A DNA stretch of 64,000 bases, taken from positions 28,901-92,900 of the forward strand of contig NMRA01000940.1 of NCBI GenBank assembly GCA_002633005.1, read 5' to 3'. A program made the position numbers and the translations under genes. Origin of the DNA: Phoronis australis. Taxonomy: Eukaryota > Animalia > Phoronida. Below are positions 24,291-36,500 of the stretch, in pieces. The first letter of the stretch is position 1. Each line of letters starts with the position of its first letter. Below the pieces are notes generated by a model. The model saw only the letters and a list, made by a program, of their open reading frames with translations, did no database searches and was not told where the DNA came from.

Positions 24291-25335
24291 TTTAACGAAT
24301 TTGGAATCTTATTTTCCTTCTTGCCTTGTGAACAGTTGACAGATCCGAAAAAAAAACGGAAAAAAGAATGACGGACAAGTTCATTCACTATCCTTTGCCA
24401 GAGAGGTTGCAGAATTTATATTCTTGAATTCAGTAAAGCAATATGCTTGGCAAAAGCTGTACATTACAATTAGTTTCGACTTTTCCGAAATACATAATGT
24501 TTTAAAGTAGTACACGTTTTCGTATGGGCTTAGATAGTTTTGGTCCTTGCTTTTTTAGCGAGATCCTAACGAGGTCGATCCTAGCGTTATTTTAATAAGT
24601 TTAAAAACTCTACCCTGACAGAGTCACAATGGCGTTATTACAGTGTCAAGTATTTTCATCCGAAGAATTCCGAGATATTTGTTACTTTTTGGTTGTTAGG
24701 AAACCATGGAGTTCCTGATTGACAAACAACCGTAGTGTGTGTCAGACTTGAGTGAGTCTTTTTCGGGAGATTATCTGTAAGTTTTAGAAAATTCAAGGGG
24801 CTCAAAATACGTGTACTGAGTCGAATACGAAATTTTTTGTACCAGTACGCGGCACGCGCCTACGGTACACTAGCAACAGGTTGTCAAGGAGCGGGGGTTC
24901 CCCAATCGCCGCAAGGAGGAGCAAGGGATGGTGCAGCAGCAAGCACAAAACAGCAGGGAACTTGGCTCAAGATGGTCAAAGAGTAAGGCAGAAAAGTCTC
25001 AATGGGCAGGAGCTTTGAACAATGGAGAAACGCAAGCTTTGTTTACGCTGATATCAGTGTGCAGTGTACTGCCAATTCAAACAAGCATGTCGAGTGCCCG
25101 CCGCTGGATTGGGCACATGACAGCGTTTTCTCGTTCAGTGACTTTACCAGACGAAGGGGGTTCTGGCCGTGTGATAACATCTAGCTTCTTTGTTAACTAC
25201 CAAGCAAAGTCTTTTGTCTGTTATAACAGGCAGGCCAATTATCTACTAGGCTTAATACAAACCACGTGTGAACACCGTCAAACCCGGAGCGAATTGGTAC
25301 ATGAGAAAGAATAGATAATTGTACTCCGGTTGTAG

Positions 25336-25572
25336 CATGCGCGCACCCAGCGGGAGGGGGAGGGGGGCTCCTTCGAGCCCCCCATTTGGCGAAGTAGGCA
25401 AAAAGGTCCGCCTGCTTGATACAAAAAGTCCGAGAAAATGAGACAAACCGCGCAAATCACAGAGGTGCGCACATTTTTTTTTAGTCCGCCTGCTATTTTG
25501 TTACCAAAAAGGTCCACAGTCCACAACGCTAAGGATTCGAGCCCCCCATATTGAAGGCTGGGTGCGCGCATG
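25336..25572. mobile_element. MITE with 16-bp TIR and 5-bp TSD
   Basis: TIR CATGCGCGCACCCAGC/GCTGGGTGCGCGCATG; TGTAG on both sides; partial relative near 45200-45260. Confidence 0.9.
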
Positions 25573-25877
25573 TGTAGTTGGGCGATTTTGGCAATTCAAA
25601 AACTAAACATGATCACCATTAGACGAGGATGTCAGAAATGCGATTGGTTTATGTTCAAATATGTTATAACTTAACTTTTTATTTTTAACAGCACTGCCCA
25701 GTTAGGCTAGATACGATTAGAGCAATTATCGAACAAAAGAGAGCTGGTCCTGCAATTATGAATGCCAGAATGGAGTTAATCAGTCGTGTAAGACATTGGC
25801 CACAGGGGTAAATGTCCCAACTTGTTGTTCGGCTATAGAATCGAACAAGTTGGGAGCAACGGGAAAACGCCGTAATG
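25573..25877 (-). repeat. Dispersed repeat family, copy 2 (inverted)
   Basis: Reverse complement of ~23727-24045. Confidence 0.85.
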
Positions 25878-27333
25878 CAGGAGTATTGTGCTGAGCACCA
25901 GCCACTCTCGTACATACATGCTTGCTGTCGTTATGTTCATTGGCTCTTGCAGGGGGCAGTTATACTTGATAACACGCCAAGGTTTTGAAAGCCCCAACAG
26001 GGCACCATCCTAGAAAAGTAGTTGAAGAAGCATTGGAGGGTCACGAGAGGACCAAGGTTCGCTGGTTTTGTACCTGCAGGTGACACAGAAAAACATTATG
26101 TACTGCGTCAGAGATTGAAAGCTGATGGCGTGTTTGCACAAACGAGTTGATTTTTCTTCCTGATTTGTCGATATCAACATTTATCCAGGCGTAATAATGT
26201 AATCACGACTAACCAAGTAAGTGTTGCTATTGGAATTCACTCTGCCGTGAGAGGAGCGTATAAAAGGAGCTCACGAGAGGACGAGGGAAGACTGGTAAAA
26301 CAAAAATGCCACGGACAATGTTGGAAAGTAGTGTCCTCCTGTAAAGGTTGGTTGCAGAGGTTTCATGGGCCAGTCAGTGTGTCAGGCACAAAGGAGAGGA
26401 AGCACATGCAGGAAGAAGTATTAACTGTGAGGAAGAATCACGAAACATAGCGGAATCTTGTGAGGGGAACTATATGATGCAATTCGCAGTTTATAGTCTT
26501 GGGCCGAGGTAATAAAGTTGGTCTCTTCATTTGGCACAACCCTTGGAGCAGCGGGCTGTTCTAAAACAGCGCGTAAGGACTCTATATGATGACAGCACTA
26601 TAGGCTTAGAGTCTGTGCTAAAGAATAATTCTTAAAAAGCTTAAGTTCTGAAAATTTTTTAGACAGAGTCCCAATCCTCAGTGAGATAAGTTCATAATGA
26701 GCGGCGCATCATAGGGGGCGGCTGGGGGGCTATAGCAACCACTTATTTCAGTGCTGGGCCGCCCATGTTCATATGCTCTAGCAATACCATATCGATACCG
26801 AAGGTCAGCCACTGATTTAAGCGCAGACTCGCCGACATATTCCTTATTGGATTCGTCAAAATTCTAGCTACTGAACTTGCAGAAGTGTCAAACTGTACGT
26901 TGGGCTGCCGTGTACTAAATGACTAAACAAGTCGCCTATCCGTTACTGTTCAGATAATACGTAATGCTGCAAATAATTTTTGTCAATTAATTTTGTTGCT
27001 CTAGGGAAAAAGTAAGTCTATATCATTTCCCAAAAATTCCACTGAAATAGTCACCCACAAACAGAAAAGTTCATAGGTCAACAGTGACGTCAGTAGTAAT
27101 CATGCTTCAAAGATTTTTTACAACAACATTGATCACTGGCTATAGTTTTTATTGTATTTGTTAAAAATAAAACAAAATCGTTTCATTTCAACCGTGTCAC
27201 CTTTTTCAAATAGGATGCATTGTACCTGACCATAGTCTCAGAAATATACATACAAAACATTCTGATAGTACTAAAATGACACTTTCGCATTATGTGAAAG
27301 TCACTCACACTAACTAAGTTTTTAATCAGATCC

Positions 27334-27563
27334 TCAATACATAAATACTATCTGCCTATGCAGGCCTACGAGAAGAGCTATGAACATGGGGAAGAGTGGT
27401 AGACTGTTGTCCATTGCAGAATTCGTAGGGTCGTCGGTGATAGGGTCGTCGGTGGTAGTGACACCTTGCGGTGTATTCACGATTCTAATCCTTCCCTCTA
27501 CGCCAGTGGTTAATGGAGTATTGTGTCGCAGGTAATCAGTCACGGCGTCCGTGTCGAGCTCGC
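27334..27563 (-). CDS. NT5E: 5'-nucleotidase exon 8 (GPI signal, stop)
   Basis: ELDTDAVTDYL...VEGRI...NSAMDNSLPLFPMFIALLVGL; AAG acceptor with ctaat branch point. Confidence 0.9.
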
Positions 27564-30500
27564 CTTCAGAAGAGAAATGCACAAATTAGCAGAACACTAA
27601 CATGAATGATTGGCCAGAAAGACTCTTACTACATGTGATATCAAGTTGCTAATGCTCTAGACCTCAGCACAACAGCACTGCAATACACGTTGCTGTGTAC
27701 TTACATGTATTAGAGGGTGGAGTTTATTATGGGGATTCCAGGGGCGGATCCAGGATTTTGAGTTGGGGGGGGGGGCAGAGCAGAGTATTAGCCAGGGTTT
27801 TTACTCTCAGAATTTCGCAACCCCGAATTTTAGGAGGGCCACGGCCTCCTTGACCCCTCTCTAAATCCGCCACTGGATTCCCATACAAGATTGTTTCGTA
27901 TCTTCATGGAAATTGGTTGAATCATGCAAACAGACGTTGATAGAATGTTTTGGATTATGAAAAGTTTAAGTTCACGTGACAGCAAACTGAACAGTACATT
28001 AGCCACTCCATTTCTGATTCCTCAAGTTCGTGGCACAGTCACATAAATATTTCGTCTTGAGTTCCGGGTAATGTGCCTTGCAAAAATAATTCCCAATAAT
28101 TCCGTTAACATACATTCAAAACTCAATTTATGCTTTCAAACTCACAGTCTCATAAGGTTACCGTTCAAAGTGTAGCCTACATGAGTAAACGCAGGGGGCG
28201 AAGCAACGCGGACGGACGAACGAACGAACGGAACAAAAGCAAGTTATCGATTTTGTATATAAATTTTCGTATGGAGCAATGGTACCGCGCTAATGTAGAT
28301 TTGTAAATAAATCTTTAAAAAACTGGCGTTGACGTGCCAGAAAAGTAAAAATCGGAAACGGCAGTCACCATGTAGTTGCACGTTCCTTGCGTAAACGCAA
28401 CACGTAAACTCACTAAAGTGCAAGATCACGCACTACAAGCGTTCAAAAGAGACACGTGGTTACATTATTTCTACTCGCCAAATTCTTCCGCCTGTGGAAC
28501 TGGGAGTTTTGTTTATGCACGAATTGGTGGAAGCAGACGACGGAGTCGTCGCACAGTGACACTTAATCTCTTTTCCAGAGGGAAGAAAACGCAAACACAA
28601 ATCTATTAGGGGCCAGTAATAAAGCTACCTCAAATCACGCTCAGCTCGTGAGTTTTTGGTAACAGCAGTAAAGCCCCCGGGTCCAGCTTTTTACGAAAAG
28701 GCAATTAAGTCTAACTAAAATGATAGGTTTCGAGGGAGAATTCTCTAACTGAAATCAAACAATGAAATTAAATGTCGTGATATCTGCGTCCAGTGGTCTA
28801 TAGAAATGAAAACAATAAAAATTGACCATTTTCCCGTGGTTTTTGTTTGCCTCTTTTGCTAAAGGGGGAGGAGGGGCCTAGCCCCCTCCCGGATATGCCT
28901 ACGATTACAATAACGCCGTTGTCAAGCGGTACGGCAGCTTTGTAACCCTTTTGACTGAACGGCACTAGAAGTGACTACGACAGAAGGCGCTTTGGCATCT
29001 CGGAATGCCGCTAAACAGGTAAGTATAAACGTACCGATTTCTTGGTAAGAAATTCTTCGATCACGAAGCATAGAGTAGCCATCGCCGCCGCCAGAGAGGT
29101 AGGTGGATGTGATTATCCTGTAACTTGCATTCCTTGTCAATTCCTTGTAGGCTGGTACTCGACAGTGAGAGCACAACACTTCAATATCGCTGACTCTGCT
29201 TCCGACAGGGTATCTCGGGTTATAGCTGAACTTCAAACCTATAGGTAAACTAAATATTAGTCACATGTAACAGTAAAAATCATAAGCCTCGCCAAAACCA
29301 CATGCTGTAATAATTCACTGACCGAAAACCTAAATCAAGCAGCCTCTTACGCCTACAAAAACTGTTTCAAATATTTCCATAACATCAAATATTTTACTGC
29401 CGTTACCATGTAGGTTTCAGAAAAGCACAAACTTAATTTCATCTTTTTAAATCAATGGTAAATTATTATCGATCTTAATTCAAACTAACGCGTTCAAACC
29501 TGTGATTTAATGTGTTCACTAGCTTCGGTACTGACACCACTCTTAATTTTTTGGAAAATCACAATTACAGCATTTATCAGCATACAAGAGCACATGTGCG
29601 CGTGTGCGTGCGCGTGTGAGCGAGCGTTTGCGCACCTGCGCGCGCGTTTGTGTGGTCCATAGGCGAATTCAAAGAGGTTCTAGTGGCCGGTCCCAATTAC
29701 GGAATTAACTTGTTTTACCTAAATTTACTGTGTACGTATTTGTGAACTTGTGAAAAAATACGAACTCTCTTTCTGATATATTATATTTTCAGTACTAAGT
29801 ATTGTCTTTGATACTAATGGAGAGTGAATTCTACGTTATTCCATGCGCTTTGAATCAGTAGAGTGCAATACGGCCATGTAATAATGTTTTCCGTGTTCAT
29901 CTCCTGTACTACTTCAACGGTGACCTCTGACATGGAAAGTTCAAAAGGTAGGTCAATGTCGACTCGACGTGGTTAGCCGGTTTGATCATCAAACTTTCCG
30001 AAAATACTTAAAAGTAAGACAATTGCATCAGTGTAAATAACATTCAACATACAATCAGGTCCCAATCGTAACACCTGGAATATGACTGTTGATAACATGA
30101 CAGTTCCGTCGCAGTATTCAATTGTTAAATATCACATCGTCTTCAACTCAGGCGCCGATTCCTCGTTAACTACAACACCAAACATTGTTGTTATTTAACT
30201 ATTTTCAGAAGATGTTGCAAGTTCAATGCACAGTTACCCCGTAATTTCCATCTTTGGTATGTCTTTTCAAGCAATAAATCGTTACATTTAAAACTGTTAT
30301 TTTACTAGAGAAAAGTTGCAACCTAACGCGCAAGCACATACATACATACAAGTATATGATGTGGTTCTCCACGTGAACAGTCTGAGTGAAGTATTAATGA
30401 ATCTGGCGAAAAAAATGAAATTTAGGAATTCGAAGGTGTGGGATAAATACAATTTTTCGGTCTCGATCGATACGCGAAATAATTTCTCGTGGCATATTAC

Positions 30501-33500
30501 TTCATCTACGCTACTCTTAGTACGTTCTGTGTATTTATTACTGATTGAAAATAGGTAGTAGTAATGGATTTTTTTTTCATGCAACGCGCACCTAATTAAG
30601 GACTAAGCCCCTATTTATTTTTCACTGAACACAATTTTCAATGAAATAAGGGCTCAGTTTTAGTTACATTAGTCAAAAAGATGTTCATAATAAAAGTAAA
30701 ACGATAGAAAACTATCACAGCTGTGAGTTAAGAACGAAGCAAATACACAATACAAAGTATTTAGAGAACATAGCTTAGTCCCTAGTTTGAGACTACATGT
30801 ACTTCTTGAAACTAAGCACTGCCCCCCATCCCCTAGAGGCACGATACATCGTTAGTGTCTGGTGTCAATGTTTTAAGAAGTCACTGGTTTGGTCCACTTC
30901 ACGGCATCCTAGTTACACCAGTGTGCGTTATTGCGAAGCATTTAAAAAACCAAGTGGCATTCAAAAATACTTGTTAAAGGACATTTCTCAGTACTTATGA
31001 TCTATACAAGGGGTTCGGGAAGTAGGTCCATAAACTCAAGCAACAGCTGGTCTCTAAATTTTCTGTGTTATGATGATAATTACGTTAGCAAATCTACGAC
31101 GTTTACTCATTCAGCTAAGTTCAACACAGGTCGGGACAGTCCTAAATTGATTTGCCGTCGCTTTTTCTGGTCATATCATTTGGAGATGGATGTAAACCCC
31201 TTGAACTGTCTGAACACCCGCCTTTCGTGATTTCCATCAAGTACGACTCAGGTTTGGAAGAGTTGGTCGGTCATGTTCAACTAAATATTATATTGGATCG
31301 TCATTTTACTTGCCGATTTGTACTGTTTGTTTGGAATTGGAAATCGTGTCCTGTCAAGGTATGGGAATGCTTTGTGCATATTTTATGTCATTGGTTGAAA
31401 TTTGCGCTTTAGATCGAGAGTAAGGAGGAATTAGTCCTTCAACTGAAAACCCTTTGTAATTGACATAGGCCAACGACATCATATTTGAAAAGGTTTCATC
31501 AGTTACCTGAGCTTAAACGAAAAACTTCCAATGAGTCCAAGTTCAGTGATAACTGTCTCCCCAGAATTTGCACAAACACACCCTCCCCTTTGACCGGCCA
31601 CCAGAAGTTTCCATGGACCTTCTTTATGAGTCGCCATGACAATTATATGGTTTGTTGCCTACGGTTTCTCAAAGTGAACTGTGCCAGCAAATGTCAGTTA
31701 AAGCAAGCAGGCTTTACTAAAGCTTGCAGTTAGTCGTCAGGCCAGACAGTTGTTTGGATACGGTGCGTTTTGAAGATTACATTGCAAATAAGAAAACGTC
31801 ACAACACATTTTATGCCGTAATTACTTTCATAACGCACTGACGTTTAACAAAGTTACCTGAAACCTGTAAAAATCGTGGGTGACCTGGTTGACTGACAGA
31901 GTGTTCCAATATGTCGCGGATAACGTCGCCCCTAACTTCTACTACATCCAAAGTGTTCAGGAACGGCAGAACATCAATCAGATTTCTAAGTGTGATGTTG
32001 CCTGCAAGAAAATGAATTAATAGTCTTCCTTATTTCCATGTCGACACGCGTAAGTTTAAAACAACCAACTAGATCGTCATAGATAGAGGCAAATCCCTTG
32101 CTGAATTAGACATAATCTGAAAAACCATAATCTCTTATCAACTGTTAAGTTCAGTTGTTGATGATCGAAAGACTCTTTACTGTAACTTCAGTATCCCTTC
32201 TTCACATTTTTGACAGAAAATCTGTTCATACTTTTGGCGTCATGTCGGCGATGCAATGAGACTTACCGCTATTCTCGATTTCTAGAAGAGCATTGCGTAA
32301 GCCCCCAGCGTTGTGTATGCAGATGGATGCGTCGTTCCACCCAGTCGACCTGTTGGACCTTTTTAGATTGGAATAAACAATCGCGTCGCAAATGAAATTG
32401 CCCAGGTTACATTCCTCTGTTTTGCAGTGATCGTTATCCATAAATACTCGAGTGTTGCCGATCACTTGAGAAGTTCGATTGAACAATATTCTTTTGTAGG
32501 ACTGTAGGTCGGCCTCTAATTCAGGATCTGAATAAAAAACGGTACAAAACCACGTGGTCATACCTAACCTTAGATTACGCTAAAGTAGGCAACACGTAGC
32601 CGATCGGTTGGCCATTTAGTGGCTACAATACTTCCATTCGCTTTCTGTACGCATTTCGTTACATGTGTTTTAAACGGTCGGTAGGCCAATGCCGGCCACC
32701 GATTTTGAGTTTTCACCTTATCAAAAATACATTCCACACTTAAAACTATCATTCAAAAAAGCGCTTACTTTCATCATTGGTCCTTTCTACTTCTATACAT
32801 ATCTTCGATGAAGTTTAGTTGTGAGAATTAAGGTGACTTTGGCGAAGAATTCCAAGTCCACTTTTTGGTTGCCGTTAAGTTTTTCACCAAGCGCGCGGTA
32901 ACCACAAAGTATGTCAACTGAGTCACTTGAGTTAGGCAAAGGTTAGCGCGAGACTGAGCGAAGCGCGTGATCCGAGCACGTGACACTTGCAAAGTTAATA
33001 TGACTGATGAGAAGGTGAAATTTGTAAGATTTGAGTCCCTTGGACTTTTTATTCGTCAACATGCGTGATTTCACGTAACGTCCTCAAAATGGCACCTGGT
33101 AAGAGTTAACTTGAGCAAACCGCGACAGATTTTCATCGATTTTTTCAAGTTATCTTGACTGAATCGTCTCCGGACTTATGATATGAGTTGTTTATGTGCA
33201 TATACTCATGTTTCATTTGATTTTATTACCTGTATTTTTAAATGAATAACTTTTTGTGGGGATGTACTATCGCCCCTGTATGGTGGCATCCAGGGTGATG
33301 TAATTGCCTAACGCCAAAGTAGCGCGCAGTGCAAATGTCAACACCATGACGCCGAGGCAAGAGTGTGTTCCATAGATGCGAGAATCTCGCGAGAACACAA
33401 GACGACACAGAGCTTCGCGCGAGATATTGCCATGTAGTACGAGCTAAATTCTTGTGTCTACGAAATTCAAACCAGGCGAACATTTCAATAGTCGCAGGAA

Positions 33501-36500
33501 CCTCTCAACAACGTAATACCACGCAAGACATCGCGAAATATCGCCACGTGATTGCAAGACAAGCATGTGATCACACTAGCTTCCTCCGCGACAATCTTTC
33601 GTTTACGGAACTTAAGGGAGAATGCCACCCAAACAACAACCTAGTTTGTATCAATTTATATCGACTAGTTCCACTGGACAACAGCAAGTACAGCTCTTTT
33701 ACCTGACACCTGACGGCAGACGGAGGTGTTGAAATTAACCAATGACGTCAGAGGTTCGAATGCAGTCTGTGCAGCAGTTCACAGCACGCTTACTGTTGTC
33801 AGATTATCGCTTGAGTTCATCGTTTTACACCAATAAATTATCACAATTCTATGTAAAACCCTTGCAAACTCACGGTTAACACGAAGTAAACCAATAAAAA
33901 ATATGTATGCTGTGACGACATATTATTTGTAATGAGCCAATGAGAGACTGCACTGGATCGAAATGCCATTGGCTGAACCAATACATTATGGATTTATGTT
34001 CGTTTTTGGACATAACATGAGATAAAATTGACGATCAAGATTCTATAAAATTCCATCTTTATTACAAGTACTCGACGTTTCACAACTTCCACTGAGCTGT
34101 ATTATCAAGAGAATGTGGTGCAAAATTTTCGAATCCATCGCATATTGGAAAGATGCTACACGCAACATAAAACATATGGCGGGAAATTAGAGAGACTATG
34201 TAATTAGCTGGATGTCATAGGATGACGACGTTCTATTGAGTTGGGTTTTGAGCTCTAAAATTTTGAATCTTTCCTTTACAAACAGAAGAAATTTACAAGT
34301 ATCGTGATCTAAAATTTTATTGTTGTCAAAATCGGTCTCGTGACCGGTATCTATCACATGGCTATTAACAGATTTTTTATCAAGTTTCAAAATACAACAC
34401 GTCATGCCAGAAATATAATGCGTTACAGTCAATACAGCTCTAACAATACACAACATTAGACCGCTTAGGTGTGGGCATTGGGAATGGTTTGGAGCTATTG
34501 AGAAATCTAAGGCATATTGGTAGTAAGAATAACAACAGGCTCTCTTGATGATACATCTCAGTGGAAGCTGTGCGTCGAGTGCTTGTAATAAAGATGGAAT
34601 TTTATATAACCTTGATCGTCAACTTTATCTTAATTATGGATGTCGGTAGCGTTTGATGTGCGCCACCGAGTGATATAAAATCGTCGAGTTTGTTGACGGT
34701 CGTTAGTAATAGAAACCAATCCCAACTTTTAATAGAAAACCAATCGCGACTTTTCAGTGACATCAAAACAAAGTTTGTGGAGGTCACAGAGTATAATTAT
34801 ACATTTATGGGAAAATGCAAAGTTTTTAACTAACTCAGTGCATTAGCACAACTGAGTTGCTTTTCACAGAAATATATTCTCTTTAAATTAACAGGCAGTG
34901 ACGATATACCTTTTGGAACGGACATGTTTAGAACTATTGGATTTCCGGACCAACTAACAACGTCACCCGTGCCGTTGAATGTCACTTTCAAATACCCCAA
35001 ATAGACGGCGAACATGTAGTCTTGAACGACGAGCACAGATCTCCCAGTTTCAACAGAGGACGGCACAACCGTCGGATACGGACCATCAACTTCAGTAGGC
35101 GTGGGTGGTGTCCCTGAATTGCAAACAAGCGAACATACATCAGTGTGCAGGCGAGCGAACTGTGAAACCAAGGTAATGCCAAAGATATCTTTGGTAATGC
35201 GGCACTTGTTCATTTATCGGTGTTATCAGTATATGTAATCTACGGCTTTTTGGAACTATAAGTTATACTGGAAAATAACATGAAGAACGGAGCCTACAAG
35301 GTCATCGACAGTTAGCGTTTAGAGCTTCCGATTGATGATACAAATGATTTCTCACGGACGAATTGTTAAAACATGTACAATCTCATTTATTTATTGTTGT
35401 CATAAGCCTAAAGCACACGGCGAAAACAACAAAGCTTGATGAGGACAACTCACCGGTGTAAAGAAAAGTGTTAGTGTGTCCTCCAATCACGATATCGAGA
35501 CCCCTGACTTGTCGCGCTATCTCCAGGTCGGTGTGGTAACCGCTGTGACCGAGAGCGATGATTTTATTAACGCCCTGGCTTAATAACCTGTCAACTTCAC
35601 TTTGCAAAGACGCCACCTCGTCTTTAAATGATAGAGTAGGCCCTGAAACAATGAAGTTGTTAATAGCGGAAGGATTATAACTCATTGAGAGTCTGAATAT
35701 GTAATTAATGGTGTACACGGCGTCATTAGTGTAAACGTACTTTACGTAAGGTGTACATGCGCGGGTTAATTTGTACATTTTTGCACGAGGGAATTTAAAA
35801 ATGCATGCCTTAAAGTAGTAAGAAAAGATGCAACTCCGTAATGGCTTCCACACGTCCAGGGCGATTTGATCACGTGACTCAACGACGTAGCTGAAATACC
35901 TTAATAGGAATAGTAATGGGAATCACACATATTTCCGTGATTATTTTTTGCCAATACTCTAACTTATTTAGGTAGCTAAACATCAAAAAATAAAGTTCTA
36001 CAACTGAAAGTATTTGTATGTCAGCAGCAATGTTTTAATTAAAGTGCTGTTGAGGGCACTTATTAATTGTTTCTACCCTCAGAATTCTCTATTATGTTAG
36101 GAATAACAGAACACAACAGCTTATAAAATGACTTTGCCTCCGAGGAAGCTAGAATCGGCAGAGGGCAGTGGTGTGTTCATCAGCACTTGTACTAACTGAG
36201 TGTTTAAGGATAAATGAACCTTGACATGTTTCGGTGTCATTTATTCAAACACCATCATCAGAAGAGAGAATGCAGTGGCCACTTAGCTAGGCCCAGCAAC
36301 AAGTAATGATTTATAAATCAATGACAATCATCGACATGTGTGTCCTGAAAATTCAAGAAACAGAACCATCAAAGTGCAAGCTCAAGAAGCTGACCCGTAA
36401 CACCGTATTGCCTTTCACTCCCGATGAGGTCACCAAAAATCTGTCTTCGGTTAGACTCACTGACGAAGAAATGGATGTTCTGAAAAATGGCTTATCTTTG

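Noticed and set aside
24928-25314. 128-aa + strand ORF inside the fold-back repeat
   Set aside because: No known motif and no supporting splice structure; likely a chance ORF
33612-33640. TTAA-GGGAGAATGCCACCC possible Kolobok end (similar lone ends near 48746 and 56926)
   Set aside because: No matching opposite terminus found in the window
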